DNA of 64,000 nt from the human T2T-CHM13v2.0 reference genome, Homo sapiens. The notes under the pieces are model-generated. The model worked only from the letters and a program-made list of their open reading frames with translations. It had not been told where the DNA came from and searched no databases. The translations under genes and the position numbers were made by a program. Below, in pieces: positions 26,115 to 41,812 of this stretch. The stretch lies in NCBI RefSeq assembly GCF_009914755.1, contig NC_060930.1. One strand, given 5' to 3'. The number at the start of each line of letters is the position of its first letter. Within the stretch, counting starts at the first letter, position 1.

Positions 26115-28304
26115 TTATTTTCATATTCTTACTTACCCCAAGCCCCTTTTTTAGAAACCAAGATTCCTAAATGTGATCAGACCACAAAAACATAATTTAT
26201 CTGGCATCTTTAGAAAAAGTAATGTTCCACATAGGAGAAATCGATAGGTAACAAAGATATCTAAGCAGCACACTTCATTAAGTAGATGCTACCCAGGCCT
26301 TCAAATCTCTTTAAGCATCCACAGTATTTGAAATTTTAGTTGAGAAAAAGCTTTTTAAAATATATTACAAACTTCTTTCATTAAAGAGGATTTGGTATAT
26401 CTCATTTAACATTTTGTGATGACTCAGGATCAGTATTAAGAATATCATTGACTACATTTTGCAGCAAAACAGTACTCTCCCCTGATACTTCTGAGCTAGA
26501 AATGCATCTTCATCTATTAACCTGAAACCAATCTATGGTAGTTTTGTGTTTGTTTGGGCTCTTATGTCTACCTTTCCTAAATTTTCTTTCTCTACCATTG
26601 GTCACCTGGATGTCAGCTCTCACTCACTGCTTCTGCCAGCTATTTAATTCTAGCAGTCTCCTCCCCTCTACTTGCTGCTTTTAAATTATTGCACTGGAAA
26701 ACAGATAAATGGGCTAGAGCTGCATATATAGAATTAACAGACTCTTTTAATGTAAAATATGATGTTCATAAACTGTACAATTTATTTTCACTTCACTGGC
26801 CCAGTTTTACTTTATTTTGGCTGTGGACTCTGTTACAGATAACTGAGGTTGCCAATAAGTGAGTGCTACAGTATGCAGTAATATCACATAAAATGAGATA
26901 TCATGTACACATTCTTCTCAATCACTTCAACAAGTACTCATTTGTAAATAGAAACTGAAAATATAGGCCACAGTACTACTGCTAGCCCCTACAAAGTCTT
27001 TGTAAAAACAGAAATAGCTGCTCCTTCCTCCAGACACTTTACTGCCATCAGCCAGAAACTGTCCTAATACACAAGTTGACTCTTGCATGAATGCCTCAAC
27101 TAATGCATGGTACAGTATACAATCTGCACAACTATGCATGCTGGTTCTGAAACAGGATTCCATCTTTTCTGTCTATAACGTCTGATTAAGCACCATATGG
27201 GGACTTCTGATAAACTGCATTTTTTTAAAACCAAATTAGAATGCCAATGTCATACAAAGAGTTTCATATTACTCTATGATCTTTTTCAAAAAATAAAATA
27301 TTGACAAGATCAATTCCTCTGCAATATTCAAAAGATTCAGCAATCTCTTTAATACAAAAGTAATTAGTATACCTCTCTAGATAAGTCTAGGAAATTGTGT
27401 AAAAGTCTAATATAAATTTCTCAGTTTATCCTGGAAACTAGTAAATCTGGTTTAAACCAAGATTAAGCAAAACCTAGGGAAAACAATTTTTATGGCCATG
27501 CTCTACCATTTCCACTATAAAGTTTGATCAAAATACTTAGTTGGAACATCTCAGGCAAAATTATCCTAGTTATATACAGCAGTGCCTCATACTCAAAATG
27601 ATTCTCGCATTATTTTTAGTGATTCAGGAGAATTCTATACAGCTGAGTGTGAAAGGGAATTCCTAAGATCCTCTTTGGACTACTCTAATTATATGATCCA
27701 GCAAATCTCTAAGTTGGTATTTCAACTATTTATTTCTAAAACAAACTTTTACTTTCTTAATTGTAATATGCCAAGTTTGGAATTCTCTTCTCTGCCCCCC
27801 TACCCCATCTCCTCCCCGCCACCGACAAAAAGAAAAAACCGGTTTGAAATGAAAGGGAAAAAAGGAGTGTTACAGGGAACAGAAAGTAAAATTGTTGGAA
27901 GATTCAACAAAAGATTCCCCATGTGGCTCTTTAACAGTCATCTGTTTTAAAAATTGGTCTTTAACCAAATTTAATGTGTGAAACTTATCTGATCTGGATT
28001 TGAACAAACCAACTGTAAAAAGTCGTTTCTAAGAACAAAAGAAGTCTGATTATGGACTGCATAATTGATAATATCAAAGAATTAGTGTTAATTTTATTAG
28101 TTATGACATCAGCACTGCATTTATGTAATGTGTTTCCTTTTTAGTGATGCAAGCTGACATATCACAGGTATAGTAGGCAAGTCTGAGATTTACATTATAA
28201 ATAAAGGGAGAGACAAGGCAAACGTGGCAGTATCTGAAAACTGTTGAATCTCAGCAATGGATATATGTGGTTCATTGTGTTATTCTATTTGTGTGTGTGT
28301 TTGA

Positions 28305-28776
<472 letters not shown>

Positions 28777-29670
28777 TAAAAAATAAAAACAAAGTAAAAA
28801 ACAAAGTAGCTATAGGAAAGTAAAACGAAGTTAAAAAAAAAAAAAAAGTAAAAAAACAAAGTAGCCATAGGAAAGTTGAAAATAGTCATCTTTTTGCCTG
28901 CTAAACTTTCTTGATTGTTTCCAACTATTATTCTTAAGATGAAAAATATAAAAGATCAGATATACTTAAGAAAGTAACAAAAAGCCAAAAAGGTATTTTC
29001 TAAAATAACATCCTCAAAACCCAGAATTCACCTGAAATTAGCCCACTATTTTTATTTTAGGATAACTCCAGTTTCTCTGGAGAACTTATTCTGTCCTGGA
29101 AACAACCCACTTATAAAGTCTGTTTAATGTCCTACAATATCATGACATGCTGTGAAGGAAATACTGACCTAGGGGGAATATTCCAGTTTCCTCAAATGTA
29201 AAATGGTAGTATTATACTCAACCATAAAGATTTGCCATGAGAATTGAATAAAATTCCAAATATGACCTTAATGGCATTCTGGAAACTACAGAGCTAATTT
29301 CAAATGAAAGTTATAATAAAGGTGATCCCCATCAAGAAAGCCGAGAAACCAATGTACTACATTACTGGGCTAAGGTGAAATAAAGCAGAGGTTCCCAATG
29401 TGCCTACAAAAGGCTTGCCCAGCCCTATTCTTGGTCTTCTCCCAAGTACCATACACCCCATGAACACATAAGTGCTGTGTGAGCATATTAATATATAGAC
29501 TAAGTGAGCCATCTGACAACTATTTTCTACTAATGACAACTTTCAAGTTCAAAGCACTAAACCTCAAATTCGTCATAAAGTTCAATAATTTTATTTTTAG
29601 ATAGCTCCAACGACTTCACCTTAATTTGACACCAGCATATTTATGTCTTTGAGCTTTGTAGAAAATACTA

Positions 29671-30087
<417 letters not shown>

Positions 30088-30489
30088 TCATTGGCTATTA
30101 GGAAAGGTGAGGACGATTGCTTTAAAGCACCACAGAAATGTATGAATTAGCATATTTTGTCATAAGGCACATCCAATCTATTACATTTTCACATCAGTGT
30201 TCATCATTTTTTTTCTCTCTTAAGCGAGATCAGGGAAAAGCCAAAGCCTCAATCACACTTAAAAGTGCAAATGGCCTAAGGTACAAAGCCTAAGAAATTC
30301 ACACAAAAGCTGCACAGACTCAGGAAAGAAAGATGAATTTAGACTATCTACATCCTAATGCCTTTATCCTAAGTCCCAAATACATGGCTTCAAGTTCTCA
30401 CTTCTCACCTGAGCGCAAGAGAAATTTCCAATTGCTTCTCAGCTGTCAAGCAGCTAGCTCATCACAAATTCACTGTTAACTGTTCCTTC

Positions 30490-30985
30490 TCTCTCAAACC
30501 TATTGTTAAATTCTTTAATGCTGGTATATGACACCATTTATCTAAGATACTTCCAAATTCACATTCTCAATTTCTGCACCTTTTTCATCTCCCACTGCTG
30601 TCTAATCTGACCAGTGCCTAACACATCTATTCCCTCCTTTAAACTTCTATCAGCACTGCCTTATCTTCTCTCATCTGGACCTTCATTACAGCCTCCTAAA
30701 TAATCTCCCTCTACCCCATCCCCTATCTTCCTATCACACAGCCTCTCAAGTTATTCTTCCAGAAACACAGAAATATTTTTCCAGAAATACAGGTAGGCCA
30801 TCTTCTCCTTAGCCTGATTTTTAGCCACAGAACTTATGGCCGTCTAGATATTCTAGACAGTCTGCTACTAGAACGAGAGTAAGGATCTTACTTGCTATCT
30901 GGTTTGTTCTCTGCTATATCCCCAGTACCTAAAATAGTGCCTGCCACATAGTAAGCACTCAATAAATATTTGACAAATTAATTAA
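30490..30985 (-). mobile_element. L2 fragments
   Basis: Ends with the L2 3' signature agtgcctgccacatagtaagcactcaataaatatttg. Confidence 0.55.
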
Positions 30986-32607
30986 GCAAAGCATTGAAGA
31001 TATTCTATTATTAGGCACTAAACTTCCTTTCCAGCTTCATCTCCCAGGACTGCTTCCATCTCTGAAATGTGCTTATCCAAATCTATCGCAATTTCTCCTC
31101 ATTATTCAAGGCCTAGTTTTAGAAACCCCTTCCTCTTTGAAGCCTTCTGTAAATGCATCCTAACTAATGACTCTTTCTTCGGACTCACATACCACACTAT
31201 TTGTATCTTTAACATTCTGTTCATTCTGCTTTGCTTTATATCAGCACCAGTCTAGGGCATCTGGTGGACAGAGACTGTTTTAGACACCTTTGTACCTGCA
31301 GGATCTGGCCCAATATATAGACATTGTTTAGGAAAGACTAGGCAAACCTGAGCATATGGGCTCTCAAATCTTTTTTAAGCTTCTATGAAAAAGGACACTT
31401 TGAGTGCCTAGTCTAATGTCTGGCACTGGCACTTAATAGGAACTCTGTAGATATTTATGAAATCAAGTTGAATACTGAGATTATTTTCTCTTTAAGATGA
31501 TGATTAATCCCGGAAAAGTCAACATTTCAAGCAACACTTCACCATTTGACCACATTGTAATTTAGATGACTGGCTCCAACCCCCTTTGTGTAGGTTTTGG
31601 TAGATACTACAAGGACGGAAGAAGACAGAATGAGGACACTGGGCAGGGGTGCAGGTGGGCGGCAGGGGCAGTGAGGGCTTTGAGGGGGAAACACCCTCTA
31701 GCTGCAACAATAGCAGGTTTTTTTATCCCCAACCACAGGAACCCAGTGCATCACAAATAGGAAACACCAGCCTGTGACAGGCAGCTGTAAACCCGTCAGT
31801 AAATCTGATTTTCAGTTCCCTGAAGGGTTTGCATGCCTAAATACCTCAATCCTGAGGCCTTTGGTCATAACAGCTCAAAAGGTAAAAGTCAAAGACCAGA
31901 GTGGCTTCGAAGTATGTACTTTGGTATGTCCAAAAGTCTTCCCCAGAGCTCAAGCCAATCTCTGTAAAAATGGATATTTTATGTGAACTCTCCAAAAGGC
32001 TCCAAGAATTCTGACTCAGTTAAATCAAATTACAACTCACTTTAGGTGAGGGGAAAAGATCTTTGAGTGAAGCTCAGAACCAATCCTCTTCAGTCTGTGG
32101 CCTAAGGCTGGCCCACCACCCAATTAAGGCAGGAAGAATGTGATGTAATCACTAGTTTTTCTCAAGGTTGACATAATTGTTACTACGCATAAAAATTTAC
32201 AAAAAAGGCCATAAGTCCATGGACAACCTAGAGCTCCCCCCAAACCACCAGTAATCTCTACACTGCCCTTAAAGAACAATGGTCTTAAGCTGCACTTTTT
32301 CAAAGTTTGAATGGAATGTAGAAATTTATTCTTATTGGACATGGTTTCATCACCAAAGTGACATTCTGAGACTGATAAGGAATCGTTCTATTTTACTAAA
32401 AATGAAAAAAAGTAAATTTATCTAGAGTTAGGGCCTTCATATGAGTTTTCAGAAAGTGAAAATGATCACAGAAGCTCCGAAGAGAGGATGCTGCTCTGGG
32501 TGACAGCGGGAGCTGCACTGGCTGCACTGAAGGAGCCCAGAAATGCCTGAGGCCTTCCATTCCATCCCTGGGGCAGCCTGCACACCCGGTGTTTCCAATT
32601 ATTTTAG

Positions 32608-33044
<437 letters not shown>

Positions 33045-34399
33045 AAAAGATGGGGTTTCTTTGTGTTGCCCAGTCTTGAACTCCTGGGCTCAAGGGATCC
33101 TCCTGCCTCAGCCTCCCAAGTAGCTGGGACAACAAAATTGTTGGAAGATTCCATAAAGCTTCCCCATGTGGCCCTTTAACAGTCGTCTGTTTTAAAAATT
33201 GGTTTTTAAACAGATTTAATGTGTGAAACTTATCTGATCTGGATTTGAACAAACCAACTGTAAAAAGTCATTTCTAAGCACAAAACAAATCTGATTATGG
33301 ACTGCATAATTGATAATATCAAAAAATTAGTGTTAATTTTATTATCTATGATATCAGCATTGCATTTATGTAATATGTTTCTTTTTTAGTGATGCAGCTC
33401 ACGTCTCTTTCATCTTTGAATTCCACATTACCAACATATAATAAACACATGTGTGCTGTGTTTAGCGTCATCTTTTCTCCTCAAGGCAAAAATAATCAGT
33501 TATGTAAAGGAGGTTGATCTCAAGCTGAATATGGAAAAGTTTAACCGAACAGCTTAAATGTAGGAAATTGAGGACCTGAAGAAAGTGAACATCAGGCACT
33601 AGAGGTCCGGGTCTACTGGGAGACTGACATCACTTGGAGATGAGTTGTTTCTCCACCAGGTGACAGGCTAATGGCACACACTGACAGTCCAGTGGTTTGT
33701 CAGCTGAAAGTGACCTGTACAGGAGAAAGCCAACAAAAGACCTAATGAAGCCCTCTCAGGATGTCTAGCTCCAAAATGGCCCCAGACTACGGCATCTTTA
33801 AGAAGTCAAGTCAGTTTCCAAGGGGTTCTAACCAGATCCCTTTGGCATGTCTCTCCTTAACTAACTCTAAACGTTTAGGGTTACCCTGATCTCCCAGGAT
33901 GGTTTGTGCCCCAGCAGTCCAGAGCCCACTCCAGAATCTACATTCCGGGGTAAAATGCCTTCTTACAAAGGTCAGGAGCATGAATGCTTCTGAGGCAACC
34001 ATGTGACCTAGAGTTATAGTAACTACAAGATGGGCTCTTGTGCCATCAAGGAATTCCATGAAGTACTAACAGGAGAATAATGGCCACTCTCATGCTACAA
34101 ATGGGCCATTTCAGCATCACACCAAAAAGTTTTCAATACAATAATTTACGCTCTGAAAAGAAGGTACTTTTACTAAATAGGGAGAACAAAATGCAAGCAC
34201 GCAAGCACACCCATCAGTGAATGACTCCGAGCGTCCATAACTTTCTAAACACCAAACTAACAAAAATGATTGACGCATGGTAAGTGCTCAAGCGTTTGAC
34301 AGTTTGTTATTCAACGCCCAATGTGCAAATAGTATTAACATTTTTGTCCATTAAGATAAAATTTTGGCTAACATCTTTCTCATTAGAAATTTAAAACGA

Positions 34400-34846
<447 letters not shown>

Positions 34847-35201
34847 GGGGGGTGGGGGGGAGAAATTTAAAACAGTATGAGTGGAAATGTTCTCACATTC
34901 AGTGCATCCTCCAACAGGATTTGTAAGCTAAAGTTGAAAGATCCTTTTCAAAGACAGATCTTTTTCACTTTAAAGGAATGAAAAAATTAAAATTAAGCAC
35001 TAAGTAACAATACTGACATGATGCTTGCTTCGTGTTTTACACATTAATTCATTAATCCTTGTAATAACCTTTTAAGTACCATCATTATCCCCATTTTACG
35101 GTAGCGGAAACAGTACATTGAGGCAAGGCAGCTGAGTAACTACGTTTGATTTAGTGGTCGAGCCAGGATGCCTAGGCAATCTGGCGCCAGAGTCTCGGCC
35201 T

Positions 35202-35355
35202 GTGGTTCCCAGGCGTTGGTGCCCACTGGAATCCCCTGGGGATCTTTAAAACGCCGTCTCCAGGCACTCTGGTCAACAGGTAGGGGGTGAGACCTGGGCA
35301 TCAGAACTCTGAAAGGTTCCCAGGTGATTCTAAGCAAAGTTTGGGAACCGCTGGG
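35202..35355. mobile_element. MER5-like hAT MITE
   Basis: gtggttccca...ggaatcccctggggatctttaaaa...cccaggtgattctaa...gtttgggaaccgctg. Confidence 0.65.
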
Positions 35356-35379
35356 TATTAAAAGCATTCCTAAAGTTCT

Positions 35380-36400
35380 GTCGCTTCTCCTGCTTAGGAG
35401 TTCCTTCGCCGAGGCGCTGAGCTCACGGCAAAGGTAGAGAAAGGACGCAACGGGGAGGGGCGGCCAGCCTTGCCAAGGGTTAGGCCGGCGAGCCGGGCGT
35501 GAAAGCCGAGACGCGGCGCGGAAGGCTGTGGCCGGAGGGTGCAGGCTGCTGCGCGGTGCGATCCGACTCGGGGAGGGTGGCTGGCCCAGCTCCAGGTGCG
35601 CACGAGCAGGTGTCTGCTGGGCCGAGGGGCGCAGGCCACTGTGCCGCGGGGGCGGAAGCGGTGAGGCGCGCTGGCTTCTCACATGACTTCCCTCCAGGGC
35701 CCAGCTGATGCTGCCGGGAAAGGACCGCAGGGTCCCACACCCCCCCCGGGCGCTCCGCTGCGCCGCCGAGCGCCTCCCGGTCCTGGGGGGTGCGCGTCAC
35801 AGGCGGCCCGCAGGGACCTAAGTTACTTTGCGCCGCCCGACGCGAGGACGCCAGGAAGTTCGTTACTTTCCTCGGCGGGGCGGGGCGGGGAGGTGCGGGA
35901 CAGGACGGACCCTGGACCGTGGCGCGGGGAAGGGAGCGAGGCAGGGGCATCCCAGGCGGCGGCCCGGCCCCCTCAGGTCCCTTTTCGTCGCCCACCGTAT
36001 ACCCACCCGGAGGTGAAATCCTGCTGCACGCTCAGCAGCCGCTCGCGAAGGGTCTCCAGCATTGCCGCCGCCGCCGGTCTCCTCTCCTCAGGCCTCGGGC
36101 TGCTGCTGCCTCTGTCGCCCCCTGGGTCCCACGCCGCCAACCCCGCGCTGTCACCGCGCGCCCCGCACTCCCACTACCGGCCCCGCCCCCGGTCTGGTCC
36201 TCGCCGCCGCGCCGCAACCCCAGCCCCTTCCGCGTTCCCGCCCCGCGCGCGCCAGGCTCGCGCAGCCGCAGTGGACTGCGCCGGGCTCGGGCTGCGGAAA
36301 AGGGGCGGGTCTTCCCCCGACCGAGAGGGCCAGTAGCTCCTCGGCTCATTCCTATCCCGCACCAGGCCTTCTCGTTTTTTTTTTTTTTTCTTTAAAATGG
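35380..36400. promoter_or_regulatory. DTNBP1: CpG island, TATA-less promoter and 5' UTR of DTNBP1
   Basis: Very GC- and CpG-rich stretch spanning exon 1. GC boxes at ~36179-36190 (ggccccgccccc), ~36301 (aggggcgggt) and ~35873-35890 (ggcggggcggggcgggg). ETS-like caggaagt at ~35852. The exact TSS cannot be read from sequence. Confidence 0.9.
36007..36062 (-). CDS. DTNBP1: DTNBP1 (dysbindin-1) exon 1, coding part (56 nt)
   Basis: Minus strand reads GGCGGCA-ATG CTG GAG ACC CTT CGC GAG...ACC TCC GG|gtgggt = MLETLRERLLSVQQDFTSG, the dysbindin-1 N-terminus. ATG at 36062-36060, GT donor at 36006-36005, inside the CpG island. Confidence 0.97.
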
Positions 36401-36619
36401 AAGCGGCATCGTGAAAGGATGATTTAACTCGAAGCCTCCTTTGAGGGAAGTGTTGGCTTTTACGTTTTGGAAGAGAATTGGATCTCTCTCTTCAATAGGC
36501 GATGTGCACAAATCATTGCATGGATTCTAGGTCCAGGATCTGACCCCACTGGCTTTCACCTTGAATGAGACAGTCAAATATTGAGCCTCGGTTTCTTCAT
36601 TCATAAAATGGCAATAATA

Positions 36620-37910
36620 GTCGACTGTCTCGACATTCTTACTTTCCACTCTCTCTTTACCCCCCCAGGCTTTTGTGCCCTACACACCAAAGGTGATCGC
36701 CTTTCGCGAGTCACCAGTGACTTCCATGTTGCTGATGCCTTTTATTACTTCTCTGCCCTGATTTTTTCTCCACCTCTCAGTGGCTTTCAATGCAGTTTAT
36801 CATCCCCACCCTTAAAACACTTTCTTCTCTTGCTAAGCACTCCATAGTTCCTCTCTCCCTTCCGCTCCACCCCTTCTCCTATTTTAATAGCCACTCCCAA
36901 GGCTACAGTCCAGCCTCCCCAGCTCTTCTCTCTTCTCCAGATGTGTTGTTCCATAGATGGATAGCATAGAGTCTATCCATTACCACGCTGTAAATTCTGT
37001 CAAGGAACCGATGACTCCCACAGCTCTATCTTCTGCCCTGTCCTTCCTCCCTCTCCGTCAATTCATACCAGTTGCTTACTCATGTAAGCATGTATACAAC
37101 ATGTATCCAAAAGGCATCTCAGACCAACATACACAAAATTGAAAATTTCATTCATTGCATGTTCACCTTTAATCTGCTCATCCTGTATTTTCCGTTTCAG
37201 TAAATGACACCACCATCCACCAATTTGCTCAAGGTAAGACACTTGAAATCACCTCTGGTTCCCCTCTTTTCCTCATTCCCCATATTAACCCATCAAATCC
37301 AATCAACTCTACTCCTGAAGTATTTCTGGAACCTCCTTCTCTTTCTATATCTTCACTATATTTATCCTGGTCGAGGGCACCATCCTCTTTCAATGGGAAC
37401 ACAGACAGTTCTTCCAGATTCTACTCTTTTGCCATACACACCCCTATAATCCATCCTTGACACAGCAGCCAGAAAGAGTTATTTAAAAGATCAATCGGAT
37501 CACGTTGCTCCCCTGCTTAAAATCTTCCAATTGCCTCCTGGGCACTTGGAATAAAATTCAAACTACTTACCCCCTTAAAAAGCCCTAAAATTTGAATGTT
37601 TTCTAGCACTGTATCCAAATTGATTACTAGTCACCTATCATGTCCTTGACAATTAAGACATAATAGCCTTTTTTTTTTTTTTTTTGGTGTGTTCTTAGAA
37701 AATTCCAGGTTTATTTCCACCTCTGGTGTTTTCACAAACTTTTCTCCAAACTGTCCCTTGTCTGGCTCCTTATAACATAAGGGTCACATCCTAAATAGCA
37801 TCACATTAGATAGGTTTTACTTACCATTCAAGTTACACACCCAATCACTTCCTATCACGTAGCCTGTTTCTCAACTTAGTACACATTAGAAAATTTATTC
37901 AATAATTATT
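36620..37910 (-). mobile_element. L2 LINE remnant
   Basis: Pyrimidine-rich L2 motifs (gtcaccagtgacttccatgttgct; ggcatctcagaccaacat; cacagcagccaga; ctgcttaaaatcttccaattgc). Confidence 0.65.
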
Positions 37911-37959
37911 TGCTATTTATTAATTTAGTTGTTTACAAACATATTTTAAAACCACGACA

Positions 37960-38170
37960 AATAAGGCATTCACCTCAGGTACAAAATTTACGGGAGCCAA
38001 AAAGCTCAGTAATCAAGATAAGTAATATTTTAATACAATATTTAAAAAATTCAAAATTAATGAAAAAAAATCTGTGATGAACAAAATATCAAAATTTTAA
38101 ATACACAGGATCTGTTAGGGCTGGGATTGGATGAGGCCAGTGAGGTAAGTAGCACAAGTACAGGCCCTGA
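37960..38170. mobile_element. MER96B-like hAT element
   Basis: caaaatttacgggagccaaaaagctcagtaatcaagataag...gatgaacaaaatatcaaaattttaaatac. Confidence 0.65.
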
Positions 38171-39354
38171 TGTAAACTGCTCTGTCTTATTAAGCTTTGC
38201 ATCCCCAGCAATGAAAACAGTGAATGGCACATAACAGACACCCAGTAAATGTCTTGTTGCAGGAGTTAAATAAGATAAAGGACTTAGCTTGTAGCTGGGG
38301 GACCACCTCTTCCCCACTCTTGATGTTTTCTTCCATGGGAAGGGAGCTCTTCTGCTAACATAAAGAAGTACCCAGCCTCTCCTGGTGGGGAAGAGGTGAC
38401 TACGATGATTAGTGAGCTAGAAGTAAGGAGCTTGGTCTCATCTTCTTTTCTTTTTGTTGAGTGAACACTTCCAACAAAGAGCATTCATTCTGCTGCCTAA
38501 AGACAGGCTTGAAGGGCAACCCAGTGCTTTTTGTGACTGGGTACTAGAAGTTCTGCTTGCCCATGAATATAAGCCATGTGTTCCATCAGTCTTCCTAGAT
38601 ATAAAAGTGATATTTTGGCCTCTTTATGCTGACACTATTGTTTTATTTCTCAGTTTGCTCAGACAAGTAAGAAAGAGGAGTGCTGTTTATTGAGCCTTCT
38701 TCTACCTCTCAGAAACAGTGCCTGGAACAAAGCAAGTGATCAAATGATCAAATCTACAGACAGGTCCCTTAGTATCTAGTAGATTTGAAAACCACAAGTA
38801 CTGGGAAATATTAAATTTTTTTCTTTTATTCAATTAAACTCTACACATAAGCTTTCAATTTACTAAGTTTCATACATTCCAACAAAGCACCAAATCCACT
38901 CAAAAAAGACTCTTGCCTGTCACTAAAAAATAGCTTTACTGGTTGTGCCTGATCATTTCTGTCTTGACCAATGCACTGTTTATTAGTCTATGGCATGTTT
39001 GTATTTGAGGTGCTTTCTGAACATTCTTAATTCCATCATATCTATTAAATTAAAAAACAGTGAAAGTTTTAAAAGTGCTAATAAAAAGATAATTTATGAT
39101 TTAAAGAAGTAAATATTAAAAAAATTAGAAAATAACTACTGTTGTACATGAGTTGCTCAGGAGGAATGATTAAGGACCAAGAGTTGAAGCATGTGACATG
39201 TCGTGTTTACATAAGTAACAGTAATCAGCCAGAAACTAGGAAGATGGATTGGCAAAATGAAAAAAAAAACAAAGCTTTTAAGTACAGTTTGAGAACCAAC
39301 ATCAGTATGGAAGCTATTGACCTAATCTTAATTCAGGAATTGGTTGAGAGTTGA

Positions 39355-39807
<453 letters not shown>

Positions 39808-39817
39808 TGACACTAAA

Positions 39818-40095
39818 TGGAAACCATCATTCTCGGCAAACTATCGCAAGGACAAAAAACCAAACACCGCATGTTCTCACTCATAGGTGGGAATTGAACA
39901 GTGAGAACACATGGACACAGGAAGGGGAACATCATACACTGGGGCCTGTTGTGGGGTGGAGGGAGGCGGGAGGGATAGCATTAGGAGATATACCTAATGT
40001 TAAATGACGAGTTAATGGGTGCAGCACACCAACTTGGCACATGCACCCTAAAACTTAAAGTATAATAATAATAAAAAAAAAGCAGGAAAAAAAAG
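39818..40095 (+). mobile_element. L1PA (PA3/PA4-like) 3' end, heavily 5'-truncated
   Basis: tggaaaccatcattctc...gcatgttctcactcataggtgggaattgaac...taaaacttaaagtataataat followed by an A tail. Confidence 0.92.
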
Positions 40096-41224
40096 AAGGG
40101 GCTGTAGAACCCAGAAAAGTTCATACCATTTCATTGGCAGAGCTCTTTTAGAGTAATTGGAAAGGGACTATGGTTAATTGCTTTGCAGGAACCTGACTTA
40201 GATTTGTAAAGATATTTACAGTGTGTTGTTATTATTTGTGATGTTTTTAAAAAGCCAACATGTAAATATTTTTGATATCTTTAATTTTTAAGAGTTTAAT
40301 GGTTACAGAAGAATCCATGTAAAAGCTGTAAATGTTTCTCGTGAAGCAATGAGTATTTTTAAGAATGAGGTAAGCTAGATAAAGCTGGAAAGGTGATATC
40401 AGCACAGCATTTTGAAAAGAAAAGCAGAGACAGAAATCAGGGAGGTGAAGGAGGAGAGTTCCAACCTCAGAGAGTAAAGATTAGAACGCAGCTGAAGAAC
40501 AGGAGAGAAGGGGGTAGTTAGAGAATATCAAGGTCGGAAGACAGAAGCTATAATAATAGATCTAGACGGCAAGCACTGTCGGGAGTGACAGCAAGGTTGG
40601 AAATGAGTATTTTACCTGAGCTGAACGGAAAGAACAGTAAAAGGATCTCAGCTGCATCTATTTGTGTTCCAAAATTGTATCCCACTGTCATAAAATGACT
40701 GGGCACCTAACCTTGTCTTTTTGCTCAGATGAAAAAAGAAGGCACTACACTGTTGCATTAAAGGAGGAAAACGTTTATTTTTTGTTAATATGTGTTTAGA
40801 TCTATATAATCTATAAAGATACATTACAGGAGGAAAACTTTTATTTTTTGTTATTCTATGGTTGGATCTATATGGTCTATAAGATATCCATAAACGACCA
40901 AGTGACTCCATTCATCAAAGTGTAGGGACTCTACATGAGTAAAGGAAACCACGTCCTGTACTCTTACAAATAGATGGTTCCCCCAGAGAGAATACATCTC
41001 AGAAATCACATCTTCTGAACTACTGTGCCATAGAAATATATTTGTGTGGGAAAACTTAATAACAAACTGAAACTCTTTAATAAGAATTAGTGGCCAAAAA
41101 AAAAAAAAGTTTGAGACAATGATTACTTAGAGCTAACTATCAGGTCAATACATGCTGGTGGGGGAGCCGTAATAATTGATCATTAGTAGTTAAAATAATT
41201 GATGATTATAATTGCAGTTAAGTA

Positions 41225-41405
41225 ATAGTTTTCAAGCCTGGCTGCACCTTCAAATCACATGGGGAGCATTTTAGAAATACCAGTGCCTGACCTCAGCACC
41301 CCCAGAGCACCTGGTTTAACTGGTCTAAGGTGATGTCTCCTCCTTCATGCGGTCTAAAAGCTTCCCTGGTGATTCTAACATGCAGGCAGGGCTGGGAACC
41401 ACTGA
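41225..41405. mobile_element. MER5-like hAT MITE
   Basis: agttttcaagcctggctgcacc...aatcacatggggagc...ctggtgattctaacatgcag...gctgggaaccactg. Confidence 0.7.
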
Positions 41406-41812
41406 GCTAAGCAGAGAGACTTAAGCTGCCCTGCAGGGGAAGGCAACGATGACTTCAGAATCCATGAACTTCAGGAGTCAAGGCTGCAGTTTGTCCTCAC
41501 CTTTCCCAGCTCATTCAAACAGGCACTAGCCCCATCACTTTGTTGTACCCAAACCCCTGTAGCCTCCATCTCTGCTGGCTGGTTCTGAAGGCAACAGTGT
41601 GAGGCAGGGGCAGAGGAGAAAGCTAAACCAGGCCTGGATAAGTGAGGCAGCAGCTGAGATGTGCTCGGGCTTCCCCAGGGGTTGTGTTTTGTTGTTGTTG
41701 TTTTGTTTTGTTTTTTCAAAAATACCTACTCAGCAAAGAGAGGAAATCCAAGAACCAACTGTGCCTGGAGACTTAGCCAGGCCTTCTGGAACTGGAAGAC
41801 TCTTGTTGCCAG

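Noticed and set aside
33771-33795. YY1-like caaaatggc motif as an internal promoter
   Set aside because: A single short motif with no CpG island or other support.
35140-36427. Long overlapping ORFs (171-217 aa) on both strands of the CpG island
   Set aside because: Stop codons are scarce in GC-rich DNA. The products are low-complexity (Pro/Arg/Ala/Gly) with no recognisable domain. The real coding segment is only the 56-nt exon 1.
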